From Dyadobacter sp. (lineage in GTDB: Bacteria > Bacteroidota > Bacteroidia > Cytophagales > Spirosomataceae): a stretch of DNA of 64,000 nucleotides. The position numbers were made by a program, and so were the translations under genes. Positions 29,184 through 36,971 of the stretch are shown here, piece after piece. The DNA is taken from assembly GCA_965279265.1 (NCBI GenBank), contig OZ257152.1:3401592-3465591 (forward strand). Direction: 5' to 3'. Numbering within the stretch: the first letter of the stretch is position 1; each line of letters begins with the position of its first letter. Below the pieces are notes generated by a model, which saw nothing but the letters and a program-made list of their open reading frames with translations, made no database searches and was not told the origin of the DNA.

Positions 29184-29216
29184 AAAAAAGGAGTTGCAAT
29201 TTGCAACTCCTTTTTT
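29184..29216. terminator. Bidirectional rho-independent terminator between typA and the GH2 gene
   Basis: AAAAAAGGAGTTGCA-att-TGCAACTCCTTTTTT is a perfect stem flanked by an A-run and a T-run. Confidence 0.85.
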
Positions 29217-29233
29217 GTTGTCGGTAATTTCAC

Positions 29234-31867
29234 TTATTTAATTTCTACCAACTTTTCGGGTACATTCCATCCTTCAATGGAGACAAGCGGATTTACAGAT
29301 GTTGTCTCCGTAAATTCAAGAGTTACCTTTTTGTTTTCACCTGGTAAAACAGACACATAGTTGTCATCGTAAAAAACAGGGAGGATTCTCTTTTTCGTTT
29401 TGGGATCAATTAAAGCGAGTCGGTTGAAAAAGGCAACCGGATTTGCAGATGGATTTGTCATCGTAACCTCAACTTTTCCAGAGCCGATCTTTCGGGCTTT
29501 GATATTCACCGGTGCGGCCGCCATTTGCTGCAAACCGCTGTGATTTCCGTTCTTATCAGCCAGCCAATACAGGTTATCGCTGACAATTTCCTTGTTCAGG
29601 TTCAAGAGGCGAAGTGAGAGAAACATACCTTCTTTTTGTGCCATTTCCTGAATGTCTTTTTTGATACTGAGAATGCTACGCGTAGTGGACGGACCGATCT
29701 CTATAAACACCTGGCCAAGGCTTTTCTCTTTTCCGTTCATGTCAATGGCCTTAATAGAGAGCATCAGGTCATATTGATGTTTAAATGTATTATTCACAAC
29801 GGCAATCGCTGTATCTGCGGGATTGTACATGACATGCAAAGGTTCGCTGCCGCTGTGCAGGCCGTACAAACAAGCATTTGGGTCGAGGTAATAATCGTAC
29901 ATCTGTCCGCGCAATGACGTCCATGGATTTTGTGTTTTCCAGATGATTACGCCTGTGTACCAGTCCCACATGTGCGCGCTGAAACCTTCCATCAGTGCAC
30001 GATACTGGTCAAAATTGACTAGCTGCGCTTTCCTGCCAAAATCCTTGGCGCCCATTGGCTTACCATACAAATCAATGTATTTGTCGTAGCCAATATACTT
30101 ATGGTAATTCCAGACGGAATCTACTTTTTCCTTGCCCGTCTTGTCATTATATGCAGGCGGTGTGAGGTTCTCTTTTGGAATAAAACGTTCCAGTGATTCG
30201 ATGTCGCCAACGCCAACTGAGCCAATTTCTGAGTTGAAGGGCCAGGTTCTGTAATTCCAGAAATAAGGGAGCGACTGGACGCCATACGGCCCGTCACCGT
30301 TCCCGCCAAGAGAATTGAAAGACATGTCGTCGGAATTGGAGTAGTCAACAAACCAGCGCGTGCCATCCAGTTTTGTTAAAATTGAATCCCGTAACGGTAG
30401 CATAATATCCTGTGGCAACGTAATTTCGTTTCCGCCACACCAGATTGCCAGTGAAGGAAAATTGCGAATCATTTTGATCTGGTCAGCGGCTGATTTGAGG
30501 AACAGTCCGTGGTCATCCGGATATTTCCGGCGTGTCCATTGATCTTCTTTTTTCATCGGATCCACCCAGCGCCCGTTGCAGTCGCCTGAGCCCCAGAAGT
30601 CCTGCATGACCAGAATTCCGTATTTATCGCAGGCATTATAAAACTCCGGACGTTCGGTCAATGCACCCCCCCAGATACGTAAAAGATTCAGGTTCATGTC
30701 GCGGTGAAAACGTACTTCTGCATCGTATCGTGAATCAGAAAAGCGTAGCATTGCATCGGAGATGATCCAGTTTCCGCCTTTGATAAACACACGCTGGCCG
30801 TTTACATTGATTTGTTTGCTTCGGGTAGTTGTGTTCCATTCGGATGTTATTTCACGGATTCCAACGTTTATTTCTTCGTGATCGGATTCTTTTCCGTTGA
30901 CGGTAAAAATTACTTTGGAAGGGTACAAGTTCTGTTTGCCGTATCCATTTGGCCACCAGAGTTTCGGATTATTTACCGTCAGGTCGGGTAAAGCAATTTC
31001 GGTCGTTGATTTTGCTTTGACCACAACTTCTTTCGATACTTTTTGTCCGTTCAAAACAAAACTGAGTGTTCCTTTCACAGGCGTTGCGGCAGGATTTTCG
31101 ATTTCGGAAGTCACCTTTACTACGGCAGGCGCCTGTTGTCCTTCAGGATTTCTTTTTCCGGGAACCACTGTCACTACATGCGGATTTTTGATCAGAACGT
31201 TTCCGGTTTTTTCAATGATCACTTTGTCCCAGATACCTGTGTTCCGGTCGCGGATGGGCTGAATCCAGTCCCAGCCAGCTACATACTGGTGCGCCACATT
31301 TTTAGCAATGGTGCCATCGCCACCTTGTCCGCCATTGGGATTGCCCACCGGATCAGGCGGATAAACGATTACCGCTAAACGATTATCTCCACCCTTGCTC
31401 ATTTGATCGGTGATATTGTAGGACTGGCGCAGGAACATACCATAATGTGTTTCCTTATTTAACTTTACGCCGTTTAAAAACACATCGCTGCTGTAATTGA
31501 CACCCCTTAAATGCAGCCAAACATTTTCTCCGGCGCCGGCGGTTTCTTTAAATTCTTTTACGAACCAATACGTGTAGTAGTCGCGGCCGGTATGAAAAAT
31601 ATCCTTGATGGCTTCATTGTTCATGCCATAAAACGGATCGGGTATTTCTTTGTTTTCGAGCATCGTGGTCAGTACAGTGCCCGGAACAACTGCCGGCTTC
31701 CAATTTTTGAGATCAAAAGCGCTCTTGGATATTTCGCTACCCTTTGCCGTGACTCCGGAAATGGGCGCACATTTCCAGCCTGAGTTTAGTTCATACTGTG
31801 CCTGTCCGTAACAATGCGGGTTGATTGATGCCAGAAAAACGAAAATTGAGCAGAATAATATTTTCAT
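29234..31867 (-). CDS. Glycoside hydrolase family 2 protein (beta-mannosidase / exo-beta-glucosaminidase-like)
   Basis: A signal peptide is present. 'VWLHLRGVNYSSDVFLNG' fits the sugar-binding domain. 'LLRIWGGALTERPEFYNACDKYGILVMQDF' and 'WCGGNE' fit the GH2 TIM barrel and acid/base region. Confidence 0.8.
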   Translation of the reverse strand: MKILFCSIFVFLASINPHCYGQAQYELNSGWKCAPISGVTAKGSEISKSAFDLKNWKPAVVPGTVLTTMLENKEIPDPFYGMNNEAIKDIFHTGRDYYTYWFVKEFKETAGAGENVWLHLRGVNYSSDVFLNGVKLNKETHYGMFLRQSYNITDQMSKGGDNRLAVIVYPPDPVGNPNGGQGGDGTIAKNVAHQYVAGWDWIQPIRDRNTGIWDKVIIEKTGNVLIKNPHVVTVVPGKRNPEGQQAPAVVKVTSEIENPAATPVKGTLSFVLNGQKVSKEVVVKAKSTTEIALPDLTVNNPKLWWPNGYGKQNLYPSKVIFTVNGKESDHEEINVGIREITSEWNTTTRSKQINVNGQRVFIKGGNWIISDAMLRFSDSRYDAEVRFHRDMNLNLLRIWGGALTERPEFYNACDKYGILVMQDFWGSGDCNGRWVDPMKKEDQWTRRKYPDDHGLFLKSAADQIKMIRNFPSLAIWCGGNEITLPQDIMLPLRDSILTKLDGTRWFVDYSNSDDMSFNSLGGNGDGPYGVQSLPYFWNYRTWPFNSEIGSVGVGDIESLERFIPKENLTPPAYNDKTGKEKVDSVWNYHKYIGYDKYIDLYGKPMGAKDFGRKAQLVNFDQYRALMEGFSAHMWDWYTGVIIWKTQNPWTSLRGQMYDYYLDPNACLYGLHSGSEPLHVMYNPADTAIAVVNNTFKHQYDLMLSIKAIDMNGKEKSLGQVFIEIGPSTTRSILSIKKDIQEMAQKEGMFLSLRLLNLNKEIVSDNLYWLADKNGNHSGLQQMAAAPVNIKARKIGSGKVEVTMTNPSANPVAFFNRLALIDPKTKKRILPVFYDDNYVSVLPGENKKVTLEFTETTSVNPLVSIEGWNVPEKLVEIK

Positions 31868-32264
31868 TAAATCAATAGGAGTAAATGATATTTTGACAAA
31901 TATACCCTTGCGATTGGCAGGTAATCAAGAACTACTTTTGGTATAATGGGAATAACAACGAACATTCTTTTTATTATTAAATTATTTTAAGAAATATCTC
32001 TTAGTCCCGTTGCAGGTTTTGCATGTTTTGGCACAGTAATTGGAAATTTGAGATCTATCAGAATATAATTTGGGAAATAATATGTTTTTCTAAAATTTCC
32101 ACATTCTAAAATTAAGGGAAAATCATAGTTTTAATTTTGCTTAATCCAGCAAAACAAACACTTCATTTCAAGCTTATCAAGTAGCATGAAACAATCTATG
32201 CTAGGCTGATTTTTATACTATTCCAAGAATTTTTAAGTTTTTGTAATTATCGGATTAAATGCAT

Positions 32265-32272
32265 TAAGTTTG
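32265..32272 (+). promoter_or_regulatory. -7 promoter box (TAnnTTTG) upstream of gdh
   Basis: TAAGTTTG lies 63 nt upstream of the ATG, in an AT-rich 466-bp intergenic region. Confidence 0.35.
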
Positions 32273-32334
32273 TGTTGTTATTCATTATATGTTCATTAAC
32301 ATACTTATTATCAATAGTTTAAAACTGAATAAAA

Positions 32335-33609
32335 ATGTCTTATATAGAACCGGCACCAATTAAGGATAAGGAAAATCCATTGGAGTCTATGATGCAGCGA
32401 TTCGATAAAGCGGTGGATCTTCTGGGGATCTCGGAGGAGATGTATCACATATTAAAGGTGCCCAGAAAACAGGTGATCGTTGGAATTCCGGTAACAATGG
32501 ATTCCGGTAAAATCAGAACATTTGAGGGTTACCGGGTAATTCACTCAACAATTCTTGGGCCAAGTAAAGGAGGCATTCGATTTGATCCGGATGTGAATCT
32601 GGATGAGGTAAGGGCCCTTGCTGCCTGGATGACCTGGAAATGCGCGGTTGTGGATATCCCATACGGAGGTGCAAAAGGGGGAGTTGCCTGCAACCCGCGT
32701 GAGATGTCGGCAGGAGAGATGGAAAGACTGATGCGCGCTTACACAACTGCTTTGCTGGATGTTTTTGGCCCGGACCAGGACATTCCTGCGCCTGACATGG
32801 GAACAGGTCCGAGGGAAATGGCCTGGTTGATGGACGAATATTCAAAAGCAAAAGGAATGACGGTGCCAGCCGTTGTGACGGGAAAGCCGCTTGTGCTCGG
32901 CGGATCGTTGGGCCGCACGGAGGCGACCGGCCGTGGTGTGATGGTTTCCGCTTTGGCTGGTATGGAAAAATTGCGGATCAATCCGTATCGTGCAACTGCG
33001 GTAGTTCAGGGTTTTGGAAACGTTGGGTCTCATGCGGCTTTGCTGCTGCGTGAACGAGGTGTTGCGATTCATGCAATCAGCGATATTTCGGGGGCTTATT
33101 ATAATGACAAAGGGATTGATGTAGCTGCCGCCGTTGCCTATCGCGATAATAACAAAGGTTCTTTGGAAGGTTTTTCAGGTGCGGAACTGATTCCGGGCGA
33201 CGATCTGCTGACATTGCCGGTAGATGTGCTTGTTCCGGCTGCCAAGGAAGATGTGATCACACGCAAAAATGTTTCGGGAATTCAGGCGAAAATGATCGTG
33301 GAAGGTGCAAACGGGCCAACGTCATCAAAAGCGGATGATATCATCAATGAAAAAGGGATCATGGTGGTTCCTGATATTCTGGCAAATGCCGGCGGAGTCA
33401 CGGTGTCTTATTTTGAATGGGTTCAAAACCGGATCGGTTACAAATGGACCCTGGAAAGGGTAAATCGCCGTACGGATCGGATCATGAAAGATTCGTTTGA
33501 CAAAGTCTATGAAACGTCACTTAAGTATAAAGTTTCTTTGCGGATTGCCGCGTACATTGTTGCGATTGACAAAGTGTCGAGCACTTACAAATATCGCGGA
33601 GGATTCTGA
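32335..33609 (+). CDS. gdh: Glutamate dehydrogenase (Glu/Leu/Phe/Val dehydrogenase family)
   Basis: 'GPSKGGIRF', 'KCAVVDIPYGGAKGGV' and 'VQGFGNVGSH' (a Rossmann motif) are present. Confidence 0.9.
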   Translation: MSYIEPAPIKDKENPLESMMQRFDKAVDLLGISEEMYHILKVPRKQVIVGIPVTMDSGKIRTFEGYRVIHSTILGPSKGGIRFDPDVNLDEVRALAAWMTWKCAVVDIPYGGAKGGVACNPREMSAGEMERLMRAYTTALLDVFGPDQDIPAPDMGTGPREMAWLMDEYSKAKGMTVPAVVTGKPLVLGGSLGRTEATGRGVMVSALAGMEKLRINPYRATAVVQGFGNVGSHAALLLRERGVAIHAISDISGAYYNDKGIDVAAAVAYRDNNKGSLEGFSGAELIPGDDLLTLPVDVLVPAAKEDVITRKNVSGIQAKMIVEGANGPTSSKADDIINEKGIMVVPDILANAGGVTVSYFEWVQNRIGYKWTLERVNRRTDRIMKDSFDKVYETSLKYKVSLRIAAYIVAIDKVSSTYKYRGGF

Positions 33610-33630
33610 TTACGGTATTTTAAGTTAGAG

Positions 33631-33663
33631 AGGAGAAGGCCGCCGGGCTTTCTCCTTTTTTTT
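33631..33663 (+). terminator. Rho-independent terminator after gdh
   Basis: AGGAGAAGGCC / GGCTTTCTCCT is an 11-bp stem with one G-U pair and a 4-nt loop, followed by a T8 run. Confidence 0.8.
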
Positions 33664-33800
33664 AAGATGGTGGACTCTCATATTACCAAAACATTAACAA
33701 AGGCCAAGGCTTAGCAATAAAAACGATTTTCCTGGAAACAGAATGTTAACTTTATGGGATATTTGTAAATCACAATCCGGTTCATGTTAAGACGCCCACC

Positions 33801-34892
33801 ATGTCATTGAGTCCTCGCTTTATTGCAATTATTCTGGCATTTCTCATCTCGCTGATCACGACATCCTTTTTGGCATTTGTCGATGGAGTTACAAAGAGTA
33901 TGCTTTTTGTGGCCTCCATTTCGGCTTTTATTGCTTCATTTTTTTTGGTGCTTTACACGGTTGACATTCTCGTGTTCCGGGAAGTAAACAAAATGTACCG
34001 GACGATTCACAAACTTAAAATGAAGGATTTTAACATGACTCCGCGTAAAAAGCTGATCATTGAGTCGAATCCGCTGAAAACCATCAATGACGAAATCTTC
34101 GTGTATGTTTCAAAAAAGCAGAAGGAAATTGATGAACTGAAAAAGCTCGAGTTGTTCAGGAGGGAATTTCTCGCGGACGTATCTCACGAATTCAAAACGC
34201 CGATTTTTGCTGCTCAGGGATTTATCCACACTTTGCTGGATGGTGCGATGGACGATGAAAATGTTCGTGAGCGTTTTCTGAAAAAGGCGGCGAAAAATCT
34301 GGATAGTCTGGATGTTCTGGTAAAGGATCTTCTGGTCCTTTCCCAAATGGAAACGGGCGATATTAAAATGAATCTCGCGCAGGTCGACATCAGACTTTTG
34401 ACGCTGGGGATTTTCAGCCGACTTGAAAACATTGCAGCTGACCGCAATATCTCGTTAAAAGTAAAACCCGACGAGGTGAAGCAGGTTTGGGTAAAAGCAG
34501 ACAAAGACCGCCTTGAGCAGGTTATGCTGAATCTTGTGGAAAACGCCATAAAATATGGAAATGAGGGAGGCAAGGTGATCGTTCATTTCAACGAGGGGAA
34601 AAAATACATTGAAATTTCGGTGCGTGACAACGGTCCGGGTATTCCGCAGGAACATTTGAATCGTATCTTTGAACGTTTCTATCGGGTCGACAAAAGCCGT
34701 TCAAAAGACAGAGGTGGGACAGGTCTGGGATTGGCGATAGTGAAGCACATCATCAATGCGCATGACACCAAAATAGCGGTGATGTCCAAACCCGAAAAAG
34801 GGACTACATTTTCATTCAAACTTGAAAAGTTTTTTCCCGCATCAGGGTTAGATATTACGCCAGCCCAATCTTTTGAAGAAATTAATTCTTAA
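33801..34892 (+). CDS. Sensor histidine kinase (HisKA + HATPase_c), with no adjacent response regulator
   Basis: There are two N-terminal TM helices. The H-box is 'FLADVSHEFKTPIF'. The N, G1 and G2 boxes are 'LVENAIKYG', 'VRDNGPGIP' and 'GGTGLGLAIVK'. Confidence 0.85.
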   Translation: MSLSPRFIAIILAFLISLITTSFLAFVDGVTKSMLFVASISAFIASFFLVLYTVDILVFREVNKMYRTIHKLKMKDFNMTPRKKLIIESNPLKTINDEIFVYVSKKQKEIDELKKLELFRREFLADVSHEFKTPIFAAQGFIHTLLDGAMDDENVRERFLKKAAKNLDSLDVLVKDLLVLSQMETGDIKMNLAQVDIRLLTLGIFSRLENIAADRNISLKVKPDEVKQVWVKADKDRLEQVMLNLVENAIKYGNEGGKVIVHFNEGKKYIEISVRDNGPGIPQEHLNRIFERFYRVDKSRSKDRGGTGLGLAIVKHIINAHDTKIAVMSKPEKGTTFSFKLEKFFPASGLDITPAQSFEEINS

Positions 34893-34921
34893 TCAATTTA
34901 CCAATCCATAAATCTGTATCC

Positions 34922-35221
34922 ATGTTTGTACATAACGTATTTTTTTGGCTGAAAGAAAAAGACAACGAGGAAGCTCAAAAAGAACTTCTGGCTGGAATCA
35001 AAAGTCTTGAAGCAATAGAATCCATCGAATCCGTGTACATCGGAACACCCGCTTCGACGCGCCGTCCCGTAATTGACGCTACCTACGATTTTGCTGAAAT
35101 TCTTGTCTTTGCTGACGAGGCTGCACATGATGTTTATCAGGTGCACCCACTGCATACCAAGTTCGTTGCTGACTGTGCTCACCTTTGGGAGAAGGTGCTT
35201 ATCTATGATGTAGAAGCCTGA
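34922..35221 (+). CDS. Dabb (stress-responsive A/B barrel) family protein
   Basis: It is ~99 aa, with 'MFVHNVFFWLKE...' and 'HPLHTKFV', which are typical Dabb signatures. Confidence 0.75.
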   Translation: MFVHNVFFWLKEKDNEEAQKELLAGIKSLEAIESIESVYIGTPASTRRPVIDATYDFAEILVFADEAAHDVYQVHPLHTKFVADCAHLWEKVLIYDVEA

Positions 35222-35236
35222 TTACGTATCCATGAG

Positions 35237-35336
35237 TTATCCACATCAGGTGTGTGGATAACCTGTGGATAAATCTGCAAATTGTGCCATTACAGCGTGT
35301 TGTATGTGGTTTACTACTTGTTTTGAGTGTGGATAA
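35237..35336. promoter_or_regulatory. Cluster of four perfect DnaA boxes (TTATCCACA / TGTGGATAA)
   Basis: TTATCCACA is at 35237-35245. TGTGGATAA is at 35253-35261, 35264-35272 and 35328-35336. A degenerate TGTGGTTTA is at 35305-35313. Confidence 0.7.
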
Positions 35337-35420
35337 CGCAAGATAGAGCGGTTGTTAACACTTGTTAAGGTCAATTATTTTGCACTAATCATGTCTTGAA
35401 AACGTTATGTATACATAACA

Positions 35421-35735
35421 ATGAATAGAAAAGTCATGAATAGATCCAGAATAATTTTGACAATTGCCGGGATGCTGATTATTGCTTTAAGCTTTTCATC
35501 CTGCGTGTATCACTCCCGTGGTCCTGGCTATGATTATGGTTACAGGAACGGGTACGGCAATGGAGGTTATGGTTATCGCCACAGGCCACCGAGACCGGTA
35601 GTCGTGGTGCCTGCTCCGCCGCCGCGTGTGGTTTATAGGGACAGAGGCCGGCACAGTCACGGACGAAGTAACAGAAATTACAATCGACAGAATTATAGGC
35701 AGTATGGACACAACGGCAGGCCCGGTCCAAGATAA
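35421..35735 (+). CDS. Small putative lipoprotein with a G/Y/R/P-rich low-complexity mature region
   Basis: A hydrophobic signal is followed by the lipobox-like 'LSFSSC'. The mature part reads 'GYDYGYRNGYGNGGYGYRHRPPRPVVVVPAPPPR...'. Confidence 0.55.
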   Translation: MNRKVMNRSRIILTIAGMLIIALSFSSCVYHSRGPGYDYGYRNGYGNGGYGYRHRPPRPVVVVPAPPPRVVYRDRGRHSHGRSNRNYNRQNYRQYGHNGRPGPR

Positions 35736-35753
35736 TTTATTGGTTTAAGTAAA

Positions 35754-35793
35754 AGCCGGGAATTTGAGTCAAACTCATTTCCTGGCTTTTTTT
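35754..35793 (+). terminator. Rho-independent terminator after the small lipoprotein gene
   Basis: A long imperfect hairpin, AGCCGGGAATTTGAGT / ACTCATTTCCTGGCT, is followed by a T7 run. Confidence 0.7.
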
Positions 35794-35921
35794 AATATAG
35801 ATGGTCGGGAAATAGTCTTAATTGTTGTGTTACAAGATGGGTTGTTTAGCTCAGAAAAACTCATTTCCTTCTATCTGGGTTATTTTCAAAGGAATAAGTT
35901 TATACTCTTCGGCTAATGAAT

Positions 35922-35929
35922 TAAGTTTG
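35922..35929 (+). promoter_or_regulatory. -7 promoter box (TAnnTTTG) upstream of the GNAT-like gene
   Basis: TAAGTTTG ends 29 nt before the ATG at 35958, downstream of the preceding terminator. Confidence 0.4.
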
Positions 35930-35957
35930 GACAAAAAATATCCCAATTTCATCACAT

Positions 35958-36890
35958 ATGACTAATTACGCCGATTACGCTTTTGAAATTATCCGTATTA
36001 CGAAGTCCGAAGATCTGGACGAATATCCCGAATTAATAGATTCCTTTTTTGCTCTTTATGAAGATCCTTCAAACTTCCCTGACCCGGACGAAAGAGAGGA
36101 TCCCGCTTTTATCAAAGAGCGCATTTCAGAAGGTACTGATAATCCACACACGCACTTGCTGGCCTATCAACTTGTGAGTCCCATCGGGGAAAAAAAGTTT
36201 GCGGCAGGCTGTATTGTCGAATTTTATCCGGACTGTGCCTGTGGTCTGGTTACCTATCTTTTTGTAGACCAAAGGTTTCGTGGGGTGAAAATTGGGGCCG
36301 GGCAGCAGAAAATTGCTGAGTCATTGATCAAGAGCGATCAAGGATTGAAAGGATTGGTGGTATTTTTTGAAAAGGAGTATAAAAAACCAGTAAACGCGGT
36401 ACTTTTTGAATCAAATAACCCCTTTGACACGTTGCCAGAGCAGGACTCTATGCCACCTGCCAAAAGGCTCAAATTTTTTAGCAGAATGGGAGCGAAACGA
36501 ATTGATTTCAACTACATTCAGCCACCTTTGGGAGATGACAAGGGAATTGTCACAAATCTTTACCTGCTGTCATTTCCGGAGCTTACCGGACTAAAAGATG
36601 AAATCCCTGTGAACACTGTGATCCGGTTTGTCATGGAGCTGGCTAAAAGTCTTGATGCTAACAAGGAGCCCGGCTCGGCAACGCGTTATGGTTATGAAAA
36701 CTACCTGAAAGACCTCGCCTTTATCAACCAATACGAAAGTGCTTCGGGAGCTGAATTTCCGGCTAATAAATTGATTGGGTTGAATGCGGATGGTAGAAAT
36801 ATAATCCAAGAAATGTTTCAAAATTTGATTGGTCAAAGTATTGATTCACAATCCGTAGCACTAACAACAATACCTGGAATAGAAATCTAA
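35958..36890 (+). CDS. GNAT-like N-acetyltransferase family protein (310 aa), function unknown
   Basis: 'VTYLFVDQRFRGVKIGAGQQKIAESL' matches the GNAT motif A pattern Q/R-x-x-G-x-G/A. No signal peptide is present. Confidence 0.6.
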   Translation: MTNYADYAFEIIRITKSEDLDEYPELIDSFFALYEDPSNFPDPDEREDPAFIKERISEGTDNPHTHLLAYQLVSPIGEKKFAAGCIVEFYPDCACGLVTYLFVDQRFRGVKIGAGQQKIAESLIKSDQGLKGLVVFFEKEYKKPVNAVLFESNNPFDTLPEQDSMPPAKRLKFFSRMGAKRIDFNYIQPPLGDDKGIVTNLYLLSFPELTGLKDEIPVNTVIRFVMELAKSLDANKEPGSATRYGYENYLKDLAFINQYESASGAEFPANKLIGLNADGRNIIQEMFQNLIGQSIDSQSVALTTIPGIEI

Positions 36891-36931
36891 TTAATTCTAG
36901 AATTTTATTGCGGTTACAAAGCTTGCTGATT

Positions 36932-36971
36932 AAATTACGAAGAAGTACTCAACCCTACCTCTTCGTAATTT
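36932..36971 (+). promoter_or_regulatory. Perfect 12-bp stem-loop directly abutting the start codon of the 1147-aa gene
   Basis: AAATTACGAAGA (36932-36943) pairs with TCTTCGTAATTT (36960-36971) around a 16-nt loop. The ATG follows at 36972. Confidence 0.6.

Noticed and set aside
32029-32043. A sigma-54-like promoter, TGGCAC-agtaa-TTGG, upstream of gdh. A second one, TGGCAC-ttgcc-TGCC, lies at 42435-42449 upstream of the symporter.
   Set aside because: The first has GG instead of the invariant -12 GC. In the second the GC is displaced by one base from the strict GG-N10-GC spacing. No enhancer-binding protein gene is nearby. This is too weak to call.
35770-35869. A direct repeat of the 13-mer AAACTCATTTCCT, 86 bp apart, upstream of the GNAT-like gene, considered as a possible insertion-site duplication.
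   Set aside because: Both copies lie in the same intergenic region rather than flanking the two-gene module, and one is part of the terminator hairpin. There is not enough to infer a mobile-element boundary.
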